Notes under the pieces: generated by a model
Seen by the model: only the letters and a program-made list of their open reading frames with translations
The model's database searches: none
What the model was told of the DNA's origin: nothing
Part shown: piece after piece, positions 18,529 through 25,300 of the stretch
Position numbering within the stretch: the first letter of the stretch is position 1
Layout: each line of letters begins with the position of its first letter
Position numbers and translations under genes: made by a program
Source: Pseudomonadota bacterium
GTDB lineage: Bacteria > Bdellovibrionota_G > JALEGL01 > DATDPG01
Direction of reading: 5' to 3'
Assembly: GCA_043809315.1 (NCBI GenBank)
Contig: JAZDDX010000024.1
Coordinates: 32,001-96,000, forward strand
DNA length: 64,000 nucleotides

Positions 18529-19773
18529 CTACGGGTAATATTTCTTGATGAATTCCTGGGGTGACAGGGGCTTGCCGACTTGCATCCACATGTGTTCGCC
18601 TCCGCCGAAAAACGTGTTCAAGGAGGCTTTGACGGCGTCGAGATTTCCAGCCGTGAGCGGTGCGGAATAAAATGGCTTCCCCCTGTAGATCTGCACTCCC
18701 ACGGGGGCGATGATCGGTGTGTTGTTAAGCGCCTTATCAAAGAACTCCGTCTCGTGGGTCATCATCATAGGGAGTACTTTAACCTCCCTCTTCCACGTTC
18801 CCATTCTTTCGACCGCGCCCTTCATCTCGGCGACTTTCTCCAGCACATCCTGTTTTGCTCCGACCCAATTGATCGGCGTCTTCTCGACGATCGACGCTTC
18901 CCTCACTCCAGCCCTTTCGAAATGACTCAGGATCCTGCTAGCCGCTTGCCCGGTGGCACCATAAAGAGGATTCGTAGCGCCCATGGCCAGGTTCATGTTC
19001 GCGCGGAACTTCGGATCCACGGCCATGCGTGTGGCAAAATCGACCGACATCTCTTCTACGATGGTCGGTGCCTTTGCTTCAACCGTCACGCCCGGGAGTT
19101 CGATCGGGTTACAATCCGTGCCTTTCGGACATGGTTGAGCGACATACGTCGACGCGGCGGCGGTTGAGAACGACCACGTCGGGTCGCTCTGCATCCCGCT
19201 CACATCCGTGTTGTTGATTGGATCGTTGTCGGCGTAGGCGTAGTGATTGAGCTTTACAATCTCCTTTCCTGGCGTGATCGGATCGGGGGAGATGAAGCGC
19301 GAAAGCGCAGGATCGTAATACCTTGCGTGGAGATAAAAAAGACCGGTCGACGAATCTTGCCTCTGTCCCGTGTAGCTCAGCGATTCGGCATAGCTTCCCG
19401 TTTTGGAAAGTGGTTCGCCATACGGCTTGTAAGTCGTCGTTAGCGCTGGCGATCCATCGGGTTTAGAGACGAGATGGATTGAGTCTTGGTAATCGGGATG
19501 GAGCCAAACCTTGTCGTACGTCGCGACGGTTTGTTGAGTACAAGTGGTCTGTGTGCCGCCGGGAGCCGCGGCTTTGGTTGTCCACTTCCTGCTGATCGTG
19601 CCGGGGGTCGTTGTGGATGTGGAGCAGACGGTCTGGGTGGTGGTGTTGGCGACGACCTCTTGAAGAGGTCCGGTCGGCCCCATCACGTAGATCGTGGCGG
19701 CGGCGTAAGCAGCCGAAGCGGAAAACGTCAGTCCCATCAGAAACGAAAAAAGGATTCTTGATTTCATGGCCAT
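18529..19773 (-). CDS. Signal peptide + RHS-associated core + unknown C-terminal payload (cartridge 3)
   Basis: SP ending ASAAYA; HPDYQDS, YKPYGE, YTGQRQD..TGLFYLHARYYDPALSRFISPDP, YAYADNDPINNTDVSGM; 220-aa unique tail. Confidence 0.9.
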   Translation of the reverse strand: MAMKSRILFSFLMGLTFSASAAYAAATIYVMGPTGPLQEVVANTTTQTVCSTSTTTPGTISRKWTTKAAAPGGTQTTCTQQTVATYDKVWLHPDYQDSIHLVSKPDGSPALTTTYKPYGEPLSKTGSYAESLSYTGQRQDSSTGLFYLHARYYDPALSRFISPDPITPGKEIVKLNHYAYADNDPINNTDVSGMQSDPTWSFSTAAASTYVAQPCPKGTDCNPIELPGVTVEAKAPTIVEEMSVDFATRMAVDPKFRANMNLAMGATNPLYGATGQAASRILSHFERAGVREASIVEKTPINWVGAKQDVLEKVAEMKGAVERMGTWKREVKVLPMMMTHETEFFDKALNNTPIIAPVGVQIYRGKPFYSAPLTAGNLDAVKASLNTFFGGGEHMWMQVGKPLSPQEFIKKYYP

Positions 19774-22340
19774 TCTTTTTGAATTCGTATTATGTCCCCG
19801 GCAGCAGCATCACCATTTGCCAAGCTTGGAACGCTCCCCTACTTTCAAGACGTCCGACCAAAAGGGTGCCACCGGGTATTCCGCCTGGACACCTCCCGGA
19901 ACCTTCAGACTGAATATGGCCTCTTTCACCTCCTGCCCTCCAATACGTACGTTGGTCCAATCCATCCAGTATGTGTTCCCCGTTTTGGAGGACCAGAGCT
20001 CAAGAATGGCGTGCCCTATCTCTTTCTCAGTATTTGCTGCTGCGTGGACGGTAGGGAGATATCCTTTCGTAGCAGCTCTGGCGCCGGCCTTTATGCAAAA
20101 ATGGCGACATACGCCGCCCGCCTCCTTCACCTCCCTTGTAGCTCGGGCGGCAATCTTGCTCAGTTCGTTCACTTCCGGCAATGCTTTACTCAGATAAACG
20201 GCCCCTTCTCCCTCCGGCAGAACGGCCAACGAAGCAATCGTTCCGATTACCTCGAATTTGGTCCACTGCCTGGCGTTCATCTCTCTTTCGTAGAGATTCT
20301 TTGCATCGAAAGGACCGGGAGCTTGCGGCGCCGCACCCTGTTTCAGTTCAGGCGTTATCGAGCTCCTTGCAAGATAACCCATCCCTCCTGCGGCCTTTAT
20401 CTCCAACAACTGCTGTGGAGTTAACCCGCCAACACCGGTAGACGAGGCAACAGCCGTCGATTGCATCCCGTTTACGTCTGTGTTGTTGACCGGATCGTTG
20501 TCGGCGTAGGCGTAGTGGTTCAGTTTGACGATCTCTTTTCCCGGCGTGATCGGGTCGGGAGAGATGAATCTCGAAAGCGCGGGATCGTAATACCTTGCGT
20601 GAAGATAAAAGAGGCCGGTCGAGGAATCTTGCCTCTGTCCGGTGTAGCTCAGCGACTCTATATGGCTTCCTGTTTTCGAAAGTGGTTCGCCATACGGCTT
20701 GTAAATCGTCGTTAGCGCTGGCGATCCATCGGGTTTGGTAACGAGATGGATGGAGCCTTGATAGTCGGGATGGAGCCAAACCTTGTCGTACGTCGTGACG
20801 GTTTGCTGGGTGCAGGTTTGGGTGCCCGTGGTGCCGCCCGCAGATGCAGCCGCTTTGGTCTTTATCTTATTGAGCGCGATCGTTCCGGACGCGGTCCCGG
20901 AACTCGTGCAGACGGTTTGAGTCGTGGCGTTGGCGACGACCTCTTGAAGAGGTCCCGTCGGTCCCATCACGTAGATCGTTGCAGCAGCATGGGAAAGGGT
21001 GTGGAAGAAGAGAATTGCGGCCCAAACAGGAAACTTGTTTCGATAATTCGTTTTCATAAATTACGGATGGTGTCCCCCGAAATCATTTTCTCGCCATCGC
21101 ACAGTAAAAGAGGCAGCCGATTCCAAAATTCAAAGCGGTTCCGGCGGTCGTGAGAATGTTCTTGTCGATTCCAGTGTTTTGGGAGATGCGAGCAATGTCG
21201 CTCGTCGAACCCTGTGAATTGATCACGTAGTTCAGGAGGGATGCCCCCACGGACAGACCGGCCAACGCTCCCATCGCGTTACCAAATGTCGTATTCTTGG
21301 AGCCAAAATCCAACGATCCGCTTCGAGCGAGGGCAGTCAGCCCCAGGAGTTTTCCGGTGTCGACTGCATAGGGAGCGGCGAGCATGGCTGTGTGTTTCCA
21401 CCCCTCGAGGGCTTTCTCGCCGGTGAACATTCCGGCGGCGCCGGACTCGGGATTGAACTCGATCTTCTCGTACCCGCCCCCCAAAACGAGGCTGGCCAGA
21501 GCGTGGGACCCCTCGTGAACCGCCGTGTCCAGATACTCGAGCCCGGGGGTTTCATTCATTATTACGTACGGCACCGCCGGAGCCGTGGCTAAAGGTGTCA
21601 TGAGATTCCCTAGAGCAGCGACAGTGGGTCCGGGGAACAGCGGGCTCGTAAAAAGAGCTTTCGGGCTGTCGAAGGTGAGCTGAATTCCCAGGACTACCCC
21701 TCGTTCTCGGTTCGTGCCGACAGAAAAGTCCAACGTCGTCCGGCCTAGGTCTGAGGAGGGATCCTTCTTCTCTTCCCCTTGCATTCCGCTCACGTCCGTC
21801 TTGTTGACCGGATCGTTGTCGGCGTAGGCGTAGTGGTTGAGTTTGACGATCTCTTTTCCCGGCGTGATCGGATCGGGAGAGATGAATCTCGAAAGCGCAG
21901 GATCGTAGTATCTCGCGTGGAGATAAAAGAGCCCAGTGGACGAATCTTGCCTCTGTCCCGTGTAGCTCAGAGATTCGGCATAGCCTCCCGTTTTGGAGAG
22001 CGGTTCGCCATACGGCTTGTAAGTCGTCGTTAGCGCAGGCGATCCATCGGGTTTGGTAACGAGATGGACCGAGCCTTGGTAGTCGGGATGGAGCCAGACC
22101 TTGTCGTACGTCGTGGTGGTTTGTTGGGTGCAGGTCTGGGTGCTCGTGGTGCCGCCCGCCGATGCAACCGCTTTGGCTTTCATCTTATTGAGAGCGAGCG
22201 TTCCGGACGCGGTCCCGGAACTCGTGCAGACGGTTTGAGTCGTGGCGTTGGCGAAGACCTCTTGCAGAGGTCCCGTGGGCCCCATGACGTAGATCGTTGG
22301 CGAGGCGTAAGCAGCCGAAGCTGAAAACGTCAGCCCGACC
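19192..22340 (-). repeat. Three dispersed ~0.5-kb near-identical RHS core segments (approx. 19192-19740, 20464-20985, 21782-22340)
   Basis: Shared DNA such as ggatcgttgtcggcgtaggcgtagtg, gaatcttgcctctgtcc, ggttcgccatacggcttgtaa and ccttgtcgtacgtcg in all three; similarity ends at the GM codons. Confidence 0.92.
19810..21057 (-). CDS. Signal peptide + RHS-associated core + transglutaminase/papain-like payload (cartridge 2)
   Basis: SP ending LSHAAA; same core ending DPVNNTDVNGM; 217-aa tail with GVCRH...GHA...YWMD. Confidence 0.88.
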   Translation of the reverse strand: MKTNYRNKFPVWAAILFFHTLSHAAATIYVMGPTGPLQEVVANATTQTVCTSSGTASGTIALNKIKTKAAASAGGTTGTQTCTQQTVTTYDKVWLHPDYQGSIHLVTKPDGSPALTTIYKPYGEPLSKTGSHIESLSYTGQRQDSSTGLFYLHARYYDPALSRFISPDPITPGKEIVKLNHYAYADNDPVNNTDVNGMQSTAVASSTGVGGLTPQQLLEIKAAGGMGYLARSSITPELKQGAAPQAPGPFDAKNLYEREMNARQWTKFEVIGTIASLAVLPEGEGAVYLSKALPEVNELSKIAARATREVKEAGGVCRHFCIKAGARAATKGYLPTVHAAANTEKEIGHAILELWSSKTGNTYWMDWTNVRIGGQEVKEAIFSLKVPGGVQAEYPVAPFWSDVLKVGERSKLGKW

Positions 22341-22375
22341 AGGAACGGAAGAAAGGTTCTCGGTTTCTTGGCCAT
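21083..22375 (-). CDS. Signal peptide + RHS-associated core + M50-like metallopeptidase payload (cartridge 1)
   Basis: RBS GAGGGAG before ATG 22375; SP ending ASAAYA; core ending DPVNKTDVSGM; 232-aa tail with VHEGSHAL, AAPY, SD and hydrophobic helices. Confidence 0.88.
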   Translation of the reverse strand: MAKKPRTFLPFLVGLTFSASAAYASPTIYVMGPTGPLQEVFANATTQTVCTSSGTASGTLALNKMKAKAVASAGGTTSTQTCTQQTTTTYDKVWLHPDYQGSVHLVTKPDGSPALTTTYKPYGEPLSKTGGYAESLSYTGQRQDSSTGLFYLHARYYDPALSRFISPDPITPGKEIVKLNHYAYADNDPVNKTDVSGMQGEEKKDPSSDLGRTTLDFSVGTNRERGVVLGIQLTFDSPKALFTSPLFPGPTVAALGNLMTPLATAPAVPYVIMNETPGLEYLDTAVHEGSHALASLVLGGGYEKIEFNPESGAAGMFTGEKALEGWKHTAMLAAPYAVDTGKLLGLTALARSGSLDFGSKNTTFGNAMGALAGLSVGASLLNYVINSQGSTSDIARISQNTGIDKNILTTAGTALNFGIGCLFYCAMARK

Positions 22376-22383
22376 TCTCCCTC

Positions 22384-25300
22384 TCACTGTGGAATCTCGA
22401 CGAGACCTCCTTCTAGATACAACGTTGTTTTGGTCGGGGTGGAGAGCTTGAGCCGCTGACTGTTCCCGTCATACGTGAACGTCGTGCCCAAGCCTGCGGG
22501 GCAGGCCTCGCCGGTCCCCAAGAGCGCCTTGCAGTGCTCCACCGGGTAGTTCTCGACGTCGTATCGGATCGTGGCGGGACTGTTCTTGGCGACGTCCCAG
22601 TGGGTTGTCATGTTTCCGTTCAAGTCGTAGCCGTAAGTCCCGCTCACTCCTGAAACCGTTTTCACCGCGTGAGGGATCGCCGAACCGGACGACGGATACG
22701 TCATCGTTCGGGTCAGGCTACCCACTTTCTTCTCGGTCAGGTTTCCGATCGAATCGTACTTGTAATACTCCGTGTTCGGATCGCCGGTGTTGCCGTTGTA
22801 AACCGCATCGGTCAGGCGGTGGAGCGAGTCGTACGTGAAGCGCCAGGGACCCCGGACGGTCAACATCCCCTCCTTGTTGCGGTTGGGACGGCCGTAGTCG
22901 AGGTTCTGCACCGAGCAGGTGTTCTTGGCCTCCGTCTTTTTCTGTGTGCAGATCTTGGTCAGCCATCCACGCGCGTTGTCGTACTCATACGTGGTCTTGT
23001 TGGGGTTCGGGCTCGCGTACACCTGTTCCTTGATCTGCCCGTCGGCATAGTAATCCGCCGACTCCATCGCCCCTGAGACGTAGTTCATGCGACCCAGAGG
23101 ATCGTAGCCGTAGCTGTAGTTGAACGGGATGTTTCCCAGATAGTAGTCCTTCAGCACCACCCGCCCGCTTTTATCGTACGCCTGGGAGAAGGCGTACCAG
23201 GTCAACCCCACTTTCCGATTCGTGGTCCGGAGTCTTCCCAGGGCGTCGTAGTTGTAAAGCTCCTCCCCATGCGGATCGACCATTTGAGTCAAGCGCCCGA
23301 GATTGAAATACCCCGATCGCTGCTGGTCGTAGGCCCATCGGCTTCCCGTGTACGAAGAGCTGTTCTTGTCAGGGAAAAGTTTCTTTTCAACCTTCCTTCC
23401 GATCGGGTCGTAGCCATATTCGACTTTCTGATTTTGATTGTCTTCCGCACGCGTTAGCTGTCCTCGGTTGTCGTATGTAAAGTTGGTTTCTCCCCGGTCG
23501 GGATCGAGCTCTCTCGTCAACAAGCCGCGCGAGTCGAACCAGGTCTCGGTGACGTTCTTTTCCGTCGGGTCGGTGATCTTCTTCAGATTTCCCAGCGAAT
23601 CGAACTCGTACTTCACGGGGAGAGCGGTCGTTCCCAGATTTTCCGTGTGCGTGACGATCTTTCCCCGCGCGTCGTAGATGTCGCTGGTTTCATGACTTTC
23701 CTCATCCCAGTACGTTGTCTTCAAAAACGCCAGGCTTGAAGAACTCTGGGGTTGGTACTCATAATCGGCCCGAACATTGGCGTTGTCGGGATAGAGGAGT
23801 TTGATCGGACGGTTCAGGGTGTCGTACAGAACGAAGCTGTAGACCGGAGACTCTCCGGACTCGTAAGGTCTCGACTTCGCTCGTGCGAGTCCCCGCGAGT
23901 CGTAGGCGGTCTGTGAAACGATAATCTTGCTGCCGGAAGCACTGCTCCCACTTTCGGTCCAATAATTTCTTCCAAAACCGTCCATGTATGCTTTGGTCCA
24001 AGTTCTGCCGTTGGTTTTTCCCGGGGCGGCTTGAGGAATCGGTCCGGTGGTTTTTGTGTGTTGAATCGCCGGGTTTCCGAAGTTTAGGTAAGAGGTCTGT
24101 TGGTACTCGCCGAACGGATCGGTCACCTTCGTTTCTCGGCAGAAACCGTCATAGTCGGTTTTGGTTTCTTGGCCGTTCGGATCTTTGACCGACGAGGGTG
24201 CTCCACAAAGATCCTTGTAGATCGTTGTCGCAACGATGTTTCCACGGTTCGTAGCCCCTTCCTTAGTGAAATTGGAAAGAGGGTTCGGTCGATATAGATC
24301 GCAATCTCCCGGATCCATCGCCGGCGTCAGCGACGACAGCAAGTTGTAGGCATTCTGAACGGAGCAGGTCAGGAAGAGATGGTACGTCTTGTCGTACGCA
24401 TGGAACGTCGGGAAGCCGAGTTCGTTCACCTCCTTGGTCAGGTTGCCGTAGACATCGTAGTCGAAGGATCTTGTCGTATCTTTGACAACAGACCAGGCGT
24501 CCCCGTTCCGTTCGTAGACATAAGTCTTCTGGCTTTTTATATTTCCGACTTTTCCGTCCCCTTCACCCTCCTGAAAATAGGCGTTTTCCGCCTTCGAAAT
24601 CGGTCCCACGAGAGTTGTCGTCCCCTTCATGACCTCTGTTTTGATGGCGCGATCCACGCGATAGGTAGTCGCGTTGTTCTTCGTCTCGTACGTATAGACT
24701 GTGGTTTGATCGTCCGCGGGATTGTCTAAGCTTTGGGACCAAAGACCGTAGTCCTTCTGGCGGAGGACGTTGCCGAAGTTTCCGGCGTTACTGCATACGT
24801 CGTAGATCGTCTCCGTCCGGGTCATGGTTAGTGGGTTGGAAGAGGCGCTTGCCTCCTTTCCGAAATACCATTGCCGGACATCGGACGGCACGAAAAGAGA
24901 CCAGTAAGGATCGCTGTAACGGACCGTGGTCCCGCCTCCACCGCCGCTCCCCCCTCCGCTGCCGGGAGCCGTAGCGCTCTGAATGAATCCACCCCCTCCG
25001 CCGGTGGTCCAGGTGTAGATCCCCCACAGCTCGCAATATCCGTACACGGTCTCTTGGAGGGGAGTCCCTCTCGGATATCCTTGCCAGTACGTGGTTGCGA
25101 TCGGCCGGCCGGCACTGTGGAAGCCCTGGTGGTATTCGGTCTCGACATATGTCGGGAGTTCTTCAGTACTTGCCAGTTCCTGTTGGGTCTGGGGAAGGCG
25201 AACGATCACTTTTTGGAAACCCAACGACTTCTTCCGAACAAAATCGTACTTTCCCCCTTCGTAGCTGTACTCGGTTACCGACGGATAATTACAGGCGCCT

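Noticed and set aside
19192-22340. Repeated core segments as CRISPR array, DGR template/variable repeats or assembly duplication
   Set aside because: Repeats are ~0.5 kb, coding, differ largely at synonymous positions rather than only at adenines, and have unique flanks; no cas or reverse transcriptase gene in the window
22375-22400. Shell/cartridge 1 boundary as a simple frameshift pseudogene
   Set aside because: Cartridge 1 has its own RBS and signal peptide, and the same start architecture recurs in cartridges 2 and 3
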